Shown here: positions 21,280 through 30,958 of the stretch, piece after piece
Position numbering within the stretch: the first letter of the stretch is position 1
Layout: every line of letters begins with the position of its first letter
NCBI GenBank assembly: GCA_035285545.1
Contig: JAYKGY010000062.1
Coordinates: 1 to 53,610, forward strand
Direction of reading: 5' to 3'
Source: Snowella sp.
GTDB taxonomy: Bacteria; Cyanobacteriota; Cyanobacteriia; Cyanobacteriales; Microcystaceae
Length of the DNA stretch: 53,610 bases
Made by a program: the position numbers and the translations under genes
The notes under the pieces: model-generated
The model's database searches: none
What the model was told of the DNA's origin: nothing
What the model saw: only the letters and a program-made list of their open reading frames with translations

Positions 21280-21732
21280 ATGGAAAATATCAAACAAATC
21301 AATGATGAACTGGCTGTTATCATGACTCAAGTAACTCCCGAACAAGTTCATCAGTTATCTCAAGCGGGATTTAAGTCCATTCTCAATTTAAGATTGCCGA
21401 GTGAGGAGGGCTTTTTAACGACTGAACAAGAGCAAGCCAAAAACGAAGGGCTGGAATACGTTAATATCCCCGTTAAGTCTGATTCCATGAACGATGAGTT
21501 AGCGGATCAGGTGATTCATACCATTGACCAATTACCTAAGCCTCTCCTAATTCACTGCAAAACCGGAATGCGTTCTGGGGCAATGGCATTAATGTATGTT
21601 GCAACTCAACAACAAATGACGGCTGAAGAAGCATTAGCAATGGGCAAGCAGAATGGGTTTGATTGTGATGCTTATCCCCAAATGAAGCAATTTTTTGAGC
21701 ATTATGTTACAGAAAATACGCAGATTTTTTAA
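21280..21732 (+). CDS. Blh/DUF442 phosphatase-fold sulfurtransferase
   Basis: GFKSILNLR..EE, HCKTGMRS CX5R loop. Confidence 0.8.
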   Translation: MENIKQINDELAVIMTQVTPEQVHQLSQAGFKSILNLRLPSEEGFLTTEQEQAKNEGLEYVNIPVKSDSMNDELADQVIHTIDQLPKPLLIHCKTGMRSGAMALMYVATQQQMTAEEALAMGKQNGFDCDAYPQMKQFFEHYVTENTQIF

Positions 21733-21791
21733 AAGCAAGCAACCGTCAGCTTTTGTTGTGCTTCAGGAGTAAAAATCGGAGGAAATTGGTA

Positions 21792-23198
21792 ATGGCACTA
21801 GTTTTAGAGCAATTCAATGTGGAAGGATTAGCCCAGCTATCCTATCTTGTCGGTGATGATAAAGCAGGGGTTGCTGCAATTATTGATCCTCGTCGCGATG
21901 TTGATCCGTATCTGCAACGGGCGAGAGAGTTAGGGGTCAGATTAATTGCGAGCGTAGAAACCCATATCCATGCAGATTTTGTATCGGGTTCCCATGAACT
22001 CAAGGCCCGTCTGGGAGTCCCCATTTATGGAGGGAAGAGTGATGCCTATCAATTTGAGCTACATCAGCTTCAAGAGGGGGATGAATTAACCTTGGGAAAC
22101 ATCAAGCTTAAAGCAATTCATACGCCAGGCCATACCCCTGAGCATATTTCCTTACTCATTTACGATGCCAAGCAGGGACAAGAACCTTTCGGTTTGTTTA
22201 CCGGAGATACGCTGTTTAATTTAGATGTGGGTCGTCCCGATTTGTTAGGCGGCGGTACTGAAAAGACTTTAGCCGCTCAGCTCTATCACAGTCTGTTTGA
22301 TAAAATTCTGCCGTTAGGCGATCGCATCGAAATTTATCCTTGTCATGGGGCCGGATCTGCCTGTGGAAAAGCCATCGGCGATCGCCGTCAAAGTACGATT
22401 GGAAACGAACGAATTTTTAACCCAGCTCTACAGGAACGCTCTGAACAGGACTTTATTGAATGGCTATTGGGAGGAATGCCCGAACCACCCCGCCACTACG
22501 CCCGACTTAAAAAAATTAATGCTCAAGGTGCCCCCATTTTAGGTTGTCCTCCGACTTTGCAACCGCTTACCCCCCAAGAATTCCAACAAAAAATGCAGGA
22601 TGACAACACCTTAATTATTGATGCCCGCTCTATTCTGGCCTTTGGTGGTGGCCATATTCCAGGCGCGATTAATATTGCCCTGCGTCCAGAGTTTCCTAAT
22701 TGGGTTGGTTGGATGATTGAACCTGAGCGATCGCTGTTAATCGTGGTAGAAAGTGAGCGAGATGTCCAACTGATCGCAGAACAGCTATTTCGGATGGGTT
22801 ATGACCATTTAGCCGGTTATTTACACGACGGAATGACAAGCTGGCAGAATGCAGGATTACCCCTACAACAGGTCACGGAATGGACGGTGCAGGAATTAAA
22901 TCAACACAAAGATGATCCCAAAATCACGGTGTTAGATGTGCGGGGGGATGAGGAATATGAGCAAGGATTTATTCCTGGGGCTGAACATATCTTTGTCGCC
23001 CATCTCGAAGAGCATTTGAATCAGTTGGATAAGGAACAAGCGATCGCGACCTACTGTGGCAGTGGTTATCGAGCCTCGATTGCCGCTAGTCTGTTGCAGA
23101 AACATGGATTTAAAACAACAATTAACATTCCTGGGTCTTGGATCGCTTGGAAAAACGCGAATTTACCGATTCAACAATTCGAGCCTGTCCCTTCCTAA
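21792..23198 (+). CDS. MBL-fold persulfide dioxygenase-rhodanese fusion (CstB-like)
   Basis: ETHIHADFVSG, HTPGHTPEH, TGDTLF, HGAGSACG, two rhodanese domains (last with CGSGYR); ATG at 21792 after GGAGG. Confidence 0.85.
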   Translation: MALVLEQFNVEGLAQLSYLVGDDKAGVAAIIDPRRDVDPYLQRARELGVRLIASVETHIHADFVSGSHELKARLGVPIYGGKSDAYQFELHQLQEGDELTLGNIKLKAIHTPGHTPEHISLLIYDAKQGQEPFGLFTGDTLFNLDVGRPDLLGGGTEKTLAAQLYHSLFDKILPLGDRIEIYPCHGAGSACGKAIGDRRQSTIGNERIFNPALQERSEQDFIEWLLGGMPEPPRHYARLKKINAQGAPILGCPPTLQPLTPQEFQQKMQDDNTLIIDARSILAFGGGHIPGAINIALRPEFPNWVGWMIEPERSLLIVVESERDVQLIAEQLFRMGYDHLAGYLHDGMTSWQNAGLPLQQVTEWTVQELNQHKDDPKITVLDVRGDEEYEQGFIPGAEHIFVAHLEEHLNQLDKEQAIATYCGSGYRASIAASLLQKHGFKTTINIPGSWIAWKNANLPIQQFEPVPS

Positions 23199-23309
23199 GC
23201 TTATAGACGAAATCACGATTTCAAAAAAAGTGAGACCAATATGGCCAGTTAGATGTGATAGCATAAGAAATGCTGTGTTTTAGCAAAAGAATTCTAATCG
23301 AAAAGTCTT

Positions 23310-23612
23310 ATGGCAAAAAAATCCATGATTGAACGCGAGAAGCGTCGTAGTAAGCTCATCGCCAAATATTCAGAAAAACGGGAACAACTCAAAGAAGAAT
23401 TTCGCCAAGCAACTACTTTAGACGAAAAATTAACGCTTCAACGTCAATTACAACAGTTACCCCGTAATAGCTCCCCCAACCGCCACCGTAACCGTTGTTT
23501 AGTAACTGGTCGTCCTAGAGGATATTATCGGGATTTTGGTTTATCTCGTAACGTCTTCCGGGAATGGGCCCATGAAGGGTTATTACCTGGGGTTGTTAAA
23601 TCCAGTTGGTAG
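23310..23612 (+). CDS. rpsN: 30S ribosomal protein S14
   Basis: [33 protein letters not shown]. Confidence 0.98.
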   Translation: MAKKSMIEREKRRSKLIAKYSEKREQLKEEFRQATTLDEKLTLQRQLQQLPRNSSPNRHRNRCLVTGRPRGYYRDFGLSRNVFREWAHEGLLPGVVKSSW

Positions 23613-23670
23613 TTCAGTAAATTTTAGTTATTGCTGAATTCATTAAGAGGTAAATGAAGTTAATTGGGTA

Positions 23671-23760
23671 ATGAGCATTATGGTGTTGCTGTTACTAATT
23701 TTTCTGGTTTGCCTTTTATTATTGGGTTTATTGGTAATGGCGAATAGCGGCGATCGCTGA
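23671..23760 (+). CDS. Possible 29-aa single-pass membrane peptide
   Basis: MSIMVLLLLIFLVCLLLLGLLVMANSGDR*; too short for the ORF track. Confidence 0.35.
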   Translation: MSIMVLLLLIFLVCLLLLGLLVMANSGDR

Positions 23761-23860
23761 TTAAGCTTTATAGTTAAAATTTTGAATATTAGCAAGAAAC
23801 CTATAGTAAAGTTGCAAAGTTTTGGCTCTACTATAGGTAGTTTTATTTTTTGATGAATCT

Positions 23861-24559
23861 TTAGGCAGCGATCGCTTCTTGGTAGGGAACAAAACTTTTC
23901 TTCTGGGCACCACAAATCGGACAACGCCAATCATCGGGAATCGCTTCAAAGGGAGTACCCGCCGCAATACCGGAATCGGGATCACCGACGATGGGATCAT
24001 AAATCACGGAACACTGACGACAGATCCACTTTTGAGTTGCCGCTTTGGGAGTCGGAGCAATGCCCTTTAAGCCATTTAAGGCTTCGGTATATTGTTGGGC
24101 GTGGTGCTTTTCAATGGGGGTTAACAGGCCAAAATTATGGGCGGCTTTACGGAAAATTGCAGCATGTTCTTTAGATTCCGCAACTTGGCTTGCAAATTCA
24201 GCAGCAGCATCCTCATCCCGATCCACTATGGCCTGAGCCGTGAATTCGGGGTACATGGTGGTGTATTCGTAGGTTTCCCCTTCAATGGCTAATTCTAAGC
24301 AACGGGCAGCGATCGCTTGTTTTTGTTCAGAGGTTAAACTCGCCGGATCACTCACGACTAATTCGGGGTGAATTAAACGGAAATGGGCAAAAGCGTGTTC
24401 TGTCTCTTGATTGGCGGTTTCCTTAAAAAGTTTAGAAAGGTCAGAAAAACCAAGTTGACGAGCCACTTCAGCAAAAAAGAGATACTTGCGATTGGCCATG
24501 GATTCCCCGCCAAACGCCGCTTCTAAATTTTTACTGGTATTCGCATTCGAGAGATCCAT
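23861..24559 (-). CDS. Rubrerythrin with C-terminal rubredoxin domain
   Basis: AFGGESMANRKY, ETEHA, EGETYE, CRQC..YDP..CPIC. Confidence 0.92.
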   Translation of the reverse strand: MDLSNANTSKNLEAAFGGESMANRKYLFFAEVARQLGFSDLSKLFKETANQETEHAFAHFRLIHPELVVSDPASLTSEQKQAIAARCLELAIEGETYEYTTMYPEFTAQAIVDRDEDAAAEFASQVAESKEHAAIFRKAAHNFGLLTPIEKHHAQQYTEALNGLKGIAPTPKAATQKWICRQCSVIYDPIVGDPDSGIAAGTPFEAIPDDWRCPICGAQKKSFVPYQEAIAA

Positions 24560-24624
24560 CGATAATCCTCAGAGGTTGTGCAGATGTTGAGCTAAATTAT
24601 CATGCCATATTGTAGCGATCGCTG

Positions 24625-25935
24625 TTACCAAGGGCTACCAATTAGGGAAAAACCGGCCCAATAAAAGGGATGGGAGAGATCCTGGGGTTGGGGCGTACTT
24701 AAAATGGCGGGGAGTGTGACATTCCCTCTAGAACTAATTAATTCACCTTGTTTTAGGTAAACTTGACGGCGAATCATGGCAATCTGAGTTTGTTGCAACG
24801 CATCGGCTTTATTTAACGTTGTTTTTAAGCGTTGATAAAATTCACTCATTAAGGCCAAGGTTCCCGCATCACTCACTGACCAAAAACTAGCTAAGGCAGA
24901 TTTAACCCCTGCTTGTAGGGCCAAGCCGGAAAAACCTAGCTCTACATCCTTATCGCCCACAGCAGTCTGGCAAGCACTCAGAACTAACAATTCAACCGGC
25001 GGCTGATTTAACCCTAGTTCGGGCAGATCGGCTAAGGTTAATTTGCGATCGCTAAATTGAATATAGGACTGATTCGGCTCACCAGGCTGAAAACTAGCAT
25101 GGGTTGCTAAATGGAGAATTTGAAACGGTTCACTTTGACGCAGAGTATTCAAATTATTAACCGTAAATCCCTGATTGAGAACGGATCGTCCCTCCCACGG
25201 CGTATCAAGAATGGTATCAAGTTCAATGGCGACTCCGGGTAAAGCCGGTTGCTCCTCAAATTTTGAGGCTCCCATCGCTAAAACTTTAGCGTTTCGTAAT
25301 TTTCCTTGATCAATTTCCGATAAATTAAAGCCTGGAATACGGGTCAGACTATATTTTTCAATCAAAAATTGTTTTCCGTCATAGAGGGCTGAAAGGGGTA
25401 AAGACCGTAACCCTTCCCCTAAACACAGAATTAAAGTGTCAATCTTATTGACTTGTAACTCGGATTCAATCGGCGCAATCAACCAATCGTACAGTTGTTT
25501 ACCCAAGATTAAATAGTCCTCTGAAGGTTTGTTTTGGACAATTTCCGACAAAAAGGATTGAATAATCGGAGAGAGCTTAGCTTGATTGACTTCCGGGTTT
25601 TCTTGATGAATTAGTGGTTTTCCGGGCGCAATTAAATACAAATTCAGTTTTTCTGAATTGGCTGCTATCCAGAGAACCGCAGGATTTTTTTGGGTTTTCT
25701 GTTGTAGGGTTAATAATTCTTGCGCGATCGCGGTTGCCCCTAAGCCTTTATGGGAAAAATCTCCTTGAAAATAGTTATTGTATTGATTCTGCCAGCGACC
25801 TTCGAGTTGAATAACGGGATCGGCTTTACCTTCGGGAGAAATCGTTTGAGACAATAGGGAATGATGGATGCCGATAATCATTAAAGCAGTCAACCCTATG
25901 GCCAAACAGTATTTTTTTAGTCGATAAAAATTCAT
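24625..25935 (-). CDS. Exported CHAT (caspase-like) domain protein
   Basis: Signal-like N-terminus, LHLATHA, VLSACQTAVG, HPFYWAGF. Confidence 0.9.
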   Translation of the reverse strand: MNFYRLKKYCLAIGLTALMIIGIHHSLLSQTISPEGKADPVIQLEGRWQNQYNNYFQGDFSHKGLGATAIAQELLTLQQKTQKNPAVLWIAANSEKLNLYLIAPGKPLIHQENPEVNQAKLSPIIQSFLSEIVQNKPSEDYLILGKQLYDWLIAPIESELQVNKIDTLILCLGEGLRSLPLSALYDGKQFLIEKYSLTRIPGFNLSEIDQGKLRNAKVLAMGASKFEEQPALPGVAIELDTILDTPWEGRSVLNQGFTVNNLNTLRQSEPFQILHLATHASFQPGEPNQSYIQFSDRKLTLADLPELGLNQPPVELLVLSACQTAVGDKDVELGFSGLALQAGVKSALASFWSVSDAGTLALMSEFYQRLKTTLNKADALQQTQIAMIRRQVYLKQGELISSRGNVTLPAILSTPQPQDLSHPFYWAGFSLIGSPW

Positions 25936-26390
25936 ATTATTAAGAATTTAAACTTAATTTAAGCTTAATTGAAACTTTAGATTAGTAGAGAGTCATAATT
26001 AATCCTAAAACGATGATTGATTTGATCCCCTCTATCTCTCTTCTTAAGGTATCAAGGTCTGGTCTGGCTCATTCTCAGGGGCTAAAAAAGTAAGGCTAAC
26101 AAAATCATCCGAAAATGAATAATGTCACCTAATTTTTTTATAACTACGCTTACCCTATTTTGTTCCTGTCCCTTGAGATGCTATCTTTAAAGAGTATTTT
26201 TTCCCTCTCCATCACTTTACAATTAACAATTAGTCATTAATTTATCTATTTTGCAAACCATCGCCCTCAAGTTTTTCCGAGGTTTAGATTTCCTCTCTAT
26301 TACAGCAGGGCAGCGATGTCTTGGCCGAAGAGGCTTCAGGCTTTGCCATTTGCTAGAAAGCGGGAAACTGTAGGTGGGGGGATTAATTCA

Positions 26391-27098
26391 ATGCAATATT
26401 TTCTATTGAATTTGGTCTTAGAAACATCTCCTGAAATTTGGTCATCCGTTGGGTTAATCGCGCTTTACTTAAGTCTGATTTTGATAGTTGCAGAAGGAAT
26501 TAACCGTCTTACGGATACCCAGGGAGAAATTACCCGCAAAATTGTTCATATTGGTAGCGGTCATGTCGTGTTGTTTGCCTGGTGGTTACAGATTCCTGAA
26601 TGGATTGGCATTGCAGCGGCCTTTGTGGCGGGTTTAGTAGCTCTAATTTCCTATTTTTTGCCTATTTTACCGAGCATTAATAGTGTGGGACGGCAGAGTT
26701 TAGGCACGTTTTTTTACGCGCTAAGTATTGGCATTGTTATATCCATTTTTTGGCCGTTAAATCACCCTGAATATGCAGCGATCGGTATTCTGGTGATGGC
26801 GTGGGGTGATGGCTTAGCGGCTCTGATTGGCCAGAATTTTGGCAACCATCCCTATCAACTGGGAAATATCCAAAAAAGTTGGGAAGGTTCGTTAACGATG
26901 ACCGTGATTAGTTTCCTGGTTATTTTGATTATCCTCGGCTCAGTTAATGGGCTAAATTGGCAAGTTAGCTTAACGGCTTTTGTCGTTGCCATTGTCGCAA
27001 CTGCGTTAGAGTCGTTTTCAAAGTTTGGTGTCGATAATTTAACTGTTCCTGTGGGGAGTGCTATGCTGACCTTTATTCTCCATCAATCTCTGCTTTAA
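26391..27098 (+). CDS. Phytol/polyprenol kinase family membrane protein
   Basis: RKIVHIG, WGDGLAALIG, KSWEGS, DNLTVP; ATG 26391 chosen (26316 possible). Confidence 0.85.
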   Translation: MQYFLLNLVLETSPEIWSSVGLIALYLSLILIVAEGINRLTDTQGEITRKIVHIGSGHVVLFAWWLQIPEWIGIAAAFVAGLVALISYFLPILPSINSVGRQSLGTFFYALSIGIVISIFWPLNHPEYAAIGILVMAWGDGLAALIGQNFGNHPYQLGNIQKSWEGSLTMTVISFLVILIILGSVNGLNWQVSLTAFVVAIVATALESFSKFGVDNLTVPVGSAMLTFILHQSLL

Positions 27099-27102
27099 CC
27101 CT

Positions 27103-27972
27103 ATGTACGCGATCGCTTTTAAACAAGAGCAATATTTAACCTACATTCTCACGGATCAAGACAAACTGGCTCGCTTAGAAGTCGTCCCCGAACGCGGCGG
27201 CATCGTCACCCGTTGGACAATCCAAGGTCAGGAAATCCTCTACCTAGACCAAGAACGCTTCCAAGACCCCAGCCTCAGTGTCCGAGGCGGCATTCCCATT
27301 CTCTTTCCCATTTGCGGTAATTTACCCAATAATCACTACACCCATAACCAGAAAGCCTATAAGCTGCAACAACACGGATTTGCGCGAGAACTGCCTTGGC
27401 AAGTAGTTGATCAAAAAACAGAATCAAGTGCCAGTCTAACCCTCCGCCTCACCAGCACAGCCGCCACCAAAGCCTTATACCCCTTCGATTTCCAAGTGGA
27501 TTTTACCTATCAGCTTCAAGGAAATACCCTAACCATTCACCAGCGTTATACCAACCTCTCTACTGAAAAAATGCCTTTCTCAACAGGGTTACATCCCTAT
27601 TTTGGGGTCAAAGATAAATCTAAGCTCAGTTTTGAGATTCCCGCGAGTATGTATCAAGATCAAAAAAGTTTAGCCCTACATCCTTTCGAGGAAACTTTTG
27701 ACTTTGCTCAACCGGAAATTGACGCAGCCTTTAAATCTGTCAAGCACCATACGGCTAGTTTTACTGATTCTAAAAGGAAATTAACCCTAAATCTCCAATA
27801 TTCCGATGAATACTCTACCGTAGTTTTTTGGACGCTGGCTGACAAAGACTATATCTGTTTGGAACCCTGGACGGCTCCCCGCAATTCCCTCAATACAGGA
27901 GAAAAATTGCTGTATCTCAATCCCCAAGAGACTTTGGAAACAACGGTTACGCTTCGGGCTGACTTTTTTTAG
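27103..27972 (+). CDS. Aldose 1-epimerase family protein
   Basis: RGGIPILFP, HGFAR, HPYF, ICLEPW. Confidence 0.9.
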   Translation: MYAIAFKQEQYLTYILTDQDKLARLEVVPERGGIVTRWTIQGQEILYLDQERFQDPSLSVRGGIPILFPICGNLPNNHYTHNQKAYKLQQHGFARELPWQVVDQKTESSASLTLRLTSTAATKALYPFDFQVDFTYQLQGNTLTIHQRYTNLSTEKMPFSTGLHPYFGVKDKSKLSFEIPASMYQDQKSLALHPFEETFDFAQPEIDAAFKSVKHHTASFTDSKRKLTLNLQYSDEYSTVVFWTLADKDYICLEPWTAPRNSLNTGEKLLYLNPQETLETTVTLRADFF

Positions 27973-28035
27973 AAAATTGATTGCTTTTCCTCGGTGCCTA
28001 TGATACATTGATAAATCGTGTGAAGGACACAACAC

Positions 28036-28107
28036 GGGTCGCTAGCTCAGCGGTAGAGCACTCGGCTTTTAACCGAATGGTCTTGGGTTCGAATCCCAGG
28101 CGACCCA
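28036..28107 (+). tRNA. trnK: tRNA-Lys(UUU)
   Basis: GGGTCGC/GCGACCC acceptor stem, anticodon loop CTTTTAA, GGTTCGAATCC T arm. Confidence 0.97.
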
Positions 28108-28133
28108 TAAAAGATGATATCTGATGCTGATGC

Positions 28134-28255
28134 TTTATCTCTTAAAGCCCCTGCTAATGCTCGACATATAGAAGAAGCGATCGCGAAATATAAAGCGGGT
28201 AAAAAACAAGAACATGATTTAATCAATGCGTAAGTGAACCTGGGCTAGTAAAGCG
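28134..28255 (+). pseudogene. YefM/YoeB-type toxin-antitoxin remnant
   Basis: (YLL)KAPANARHIEEAIAKYKAGKKQEHDLINA* antitoxin C-terminus overlapping MRK*TWASKA toxin-like N-terminus with an in-frame stop. Confidence 0.6.
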
Positions 28256-28530
28256 TTACTATCATTGTCAAGATTAGTAGGATTCGCTGAGTTTGTACGC
28301 GCTTGCTTTTTTTAATAGTTTCTTGGTTGTTGAAGCAGTTTTAAGAAAGTGAGATATCCGCAAAATAGCAGATTTGCCAATATAACATGCCTTTAAGACT
28401 AGTAAAAATAAATTTAGAACGATTTCGCGTCATTCTTATGAAGAATTGTACACTCTTCTTAACTCTAGAGATTTTTATGTCATGAAACCCTGAATTTAGA
28501 ATCTTGAGGATATACGTTTTTAGGGCATAC

Positions 28531-28621
28531 TATAGCAATCCTAAATGATTTGTGTTATTGAGAAGCCTGAAACCCTTACCCAGCGTAGATCAATATTTGC
28601 AACCTGTTTAGGACTGCTATA
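28531..28621. mobile_element. 91-bp MITE-like element, copy 1
   Basis: Ends TATAGCAATCCTAAA / TTTAGGACTGCTATA; second copy of the same length at 44816-44906. Confidence 0.8.
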
Positions 28622-29117
28622 TAATGATGAAAAACTTCTGGTTCTTCTGGTTTCTGTGTAGAAATAAGGTTTATACAGATGCTTTTTTCCTAGAGTAGTC
28701 TTTAAAGCCTTGCCCAATGAGTGTTTCACAGCTAAAAAAAATATCACACACAGTAGTGAAGAGCAAACCTCTTTCAATCATGCTATTTGCAGATAATATA
28801 AAGACAAAAATTTCTTAATAAAATTTGTATTTGGAGTGATATATGGGAAATTTTTGTACAATCTAATCTATTGTCTCTAGTCGAGATTGGGCTAGTAAAA
28901 ACAGTAGGCTTTGCTGATGAGTTTCGAGAAGTTATCTGTGATCGCAAAGATATAATGAACATCAACTGATCAGAATATAACAAAGCATTGGAGCAGACAA
29001 TATTGACATTTTTCGTTCCGTTAAAAGGAGAACACTTTCTGCTTAATTCAGCCATTAAGGCAGAGATCTTCTTATTTCAAAAGCTTAATACATGTTTAAT
29101 TTTTATTTTGTAAAACT

Positions 29118-29432
29118 ATGACCTATCAAATCACAGCTAAACTTCTCGAACGTCAAATAAATTCACTAAAATCAGCTCTTCCACAACTTAAAGATAACTT
29201 TCCAAAAGCTACTCCAGCTTTAACTGTAGGAGCAGCAGTAGGTGCATTAGTAGGGCACTATGTACAAAAAGCTTTAGAGGATGGCAGCAATATATACAAA
29301 TACGAGGAAGAATTGTCTTCTTTTATTTTTGATGTTAATCCTCTAGAAATTGTAAATAATAAATTGTCTTGCAGCGAACTCATCAAAATCCGAAAGAATA
29401 TTTTTATTCAGAGGACTCAAGGCAAAGAGTAG
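29118..29432 (+). CDS. Putative RiPP (linaridin-like) precursor peptide
   Basis: 104 aa: leader, then PK|ATPALTVGAAVGALVGHYV hydrophobic core, then a C-terminal extension; immediately upstream of LinL/LinG-like genes. Confidence 0.6.
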   Translation: MTYQITAKLLERQINSLKSALPQLKDNFPKATPALTVGAAVGALVGHYVQKALEDGSNIYKYEEELSSFIFDVNPLEIVNNKLSCSELIKIRKNIFIQRTQGKE

Positions 29433-29455
29433 TTATAAAGTATTGGTGCTCGAAT

Positions 29456-30001
29456 ATGTTATGGAGTAGCGTCATTTATCACGAGAAATATTTTTATGTT
29501 GTTTTTTCTCTGTATTTTATATGGTTTGCCCTAACACTACTAACACAAAGCACAAGTAAAGTTTCTAAATCCATTAAACAATATGACTTTTTTTCATTAA
29601 TTCCTTCATGGCATTTTTTTGCTCCGAATCCATCTGTTTCAGATTATGACATTTTGTATCGAACAAAGACAAAATTAGGTCAGGAAAGCGATTTTATTGT
29701 AGCTTATATTACTCCAATAAAAACGATAAAGAATATTTTAATTAATCCTCAAAAAAGGAAGCAAAAAGTTTTTTTTGATACAACATATATGCTTTTAGAA
29801 ATTTCATCAAAGAAAGATCATAAACATATTGTGCTTACTATTCCATATCTTTTGAATCTACACTATGTATCTAACATTGTAAAGAATAGCAAAGTTAAAG
29901 CTGATGCATCTCAGATTCAATTTGCTATTGCAGAGACGAAAAATAAAGGGCTTTACTTTACGACAAGAATAGTCTTTTTGTCATCATGGCATGAACTTTG
30001 A
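29456..30001 (+). CDS. CypL/LinL-like (SdpA-related) membrane-anchored protein
   Basis: N-terminal TM helix; LIPSWHFFAPNP..DYDILYR; INPQKRKQKVFFD; IQFAI; ATG at 29456. Confidence 0.7.
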   Translation: MLWSSVIYHEKYFYVVFSLYFIWFALTLLTQSTSKVSKSIKQYDFFSLIPSWHFFAPNPSVSDYDILYRTKTKLGQESDFIVAYITPIKTIKNILINPQKRKQKVFFDTTYMLLEISSKKDHKHIVLTIPYLLNLHYVSNIVKNSKVKADASQIQFAIAETKNKGLYFTTRIVFLSSWHEL

Positions 30002-30007
30002 ATATTT

Positions 30008-30832
30008 ATGAACAATATTACTACTGTAGAAAATATTATTTTATTTTTTGCTTTGATAGGATTGATTATTGTTGATCTAGAATATCTTTTAACCTCTTCA
30101 ATATACAGTCAACAAAGTTTGCTGACATGGCAAATACTTAGAATTAGAAGCGAGTATTTAAAATCAAATAAAATCGCTCAATACCTAGATGTATTTTTTG
30201 ACTATCCAGGCATTATTTTTATATTTGGATGTAGATTGTTTTTTTCGCTATTTTCTTTGCTAATATTAGCACAAAATAGTTCTTATAACTTATTTTTAAT
30301 TTTTGGAATTTTTATTTTGACCTTGCTTGTTAACTATCGTAATCCATTAGGTCAAGATGGTTCCGATCAAATGCTAAATATAATTATTTGTATTTTATTA
30401 ATAAATAAACTATTTTCAGGAAATTTTCAAGTTCGTGAAATAGGAATTTTTTTTATCTGCCTTCAATCATGTTCATCTTATACTATTGCAGGTTTAGCAA
30501 AATCAATAGGAAATAAATGGTTAGAGGGAAATGCTGTAACTGAAATTTTAAGTACACGCTCTTATGGGAATCTTTATGTTGCTAATTTACTAAATAAAAA
30601 TCTATGGCTAGGAAAAATATTAACGTGGAGTTCGATCATCATAGAAACTATTTTTCCTTTTGTAATTATTCTTCCTAATCCATACTGGAGCTTTTTTTTA
30701 GCATGGGGATTCTTGTTTCATTTATTTAATGCTATTGTGATGGGTCTTAATGTATTCTTCTTAGCATTTATTGCCACTTATCCTGCGATCATATATGTGC
30801 ATTTGGTAATTGAAAGATTACTAAATAAATGA
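30008..30832 (+). CDS. HTTM-domain membrane protein (CypH-N/LinG-like, SdpB-related)
   Basis: Multi-TM; GQDGSDQM, SYTIAGLAK, WLEG, FHLFNAIVMGLNVFFLAFIATYPA. Confidence 0.75.
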   Translation: MNNITTVENIILFFALIGLIIVDLEYLLTSSIYSQQSLLTWQILRIRSEYLKSNKIAQYLDVFFDYPGIIFIFGCRLFFSLFSLLILAQNSSYNLFLIFGIFILTLLVNYRNPLGQDGSDQMLNIIICILLINKLFSGNFQVREIGIFFICLQSCSSYTIAGLAKSIGNKWLEGNAVTEILSTRSYGNLYVANLLNKNLWLGKILTWSSIIIETIFPFVIILPNPYWSFFLAWGFLFHLFNAIVMGLNVFFLAFIATYPAIIYVHLVIERLLNK

Positions 30833-30958
30833 TAATGTGATTGCGACTTTTTAAGGAAGCATGCCTTGATGAGCCGTTTACTACTGTTTTCACCCCAATT
30901 CAGTGGCAATTAATATTAACCAAATCGAAAAATGATTTAAAATTCCATCAAAAGGTAA

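Noticed and set aside
28400..28780. Further IS-end-like or leader-like motifs around the MITE, and minus-strand ORF 28541-28777
   Set aside because: No partner inverted repeat or recognisable protein could be identified; the ORF runs across the MITE
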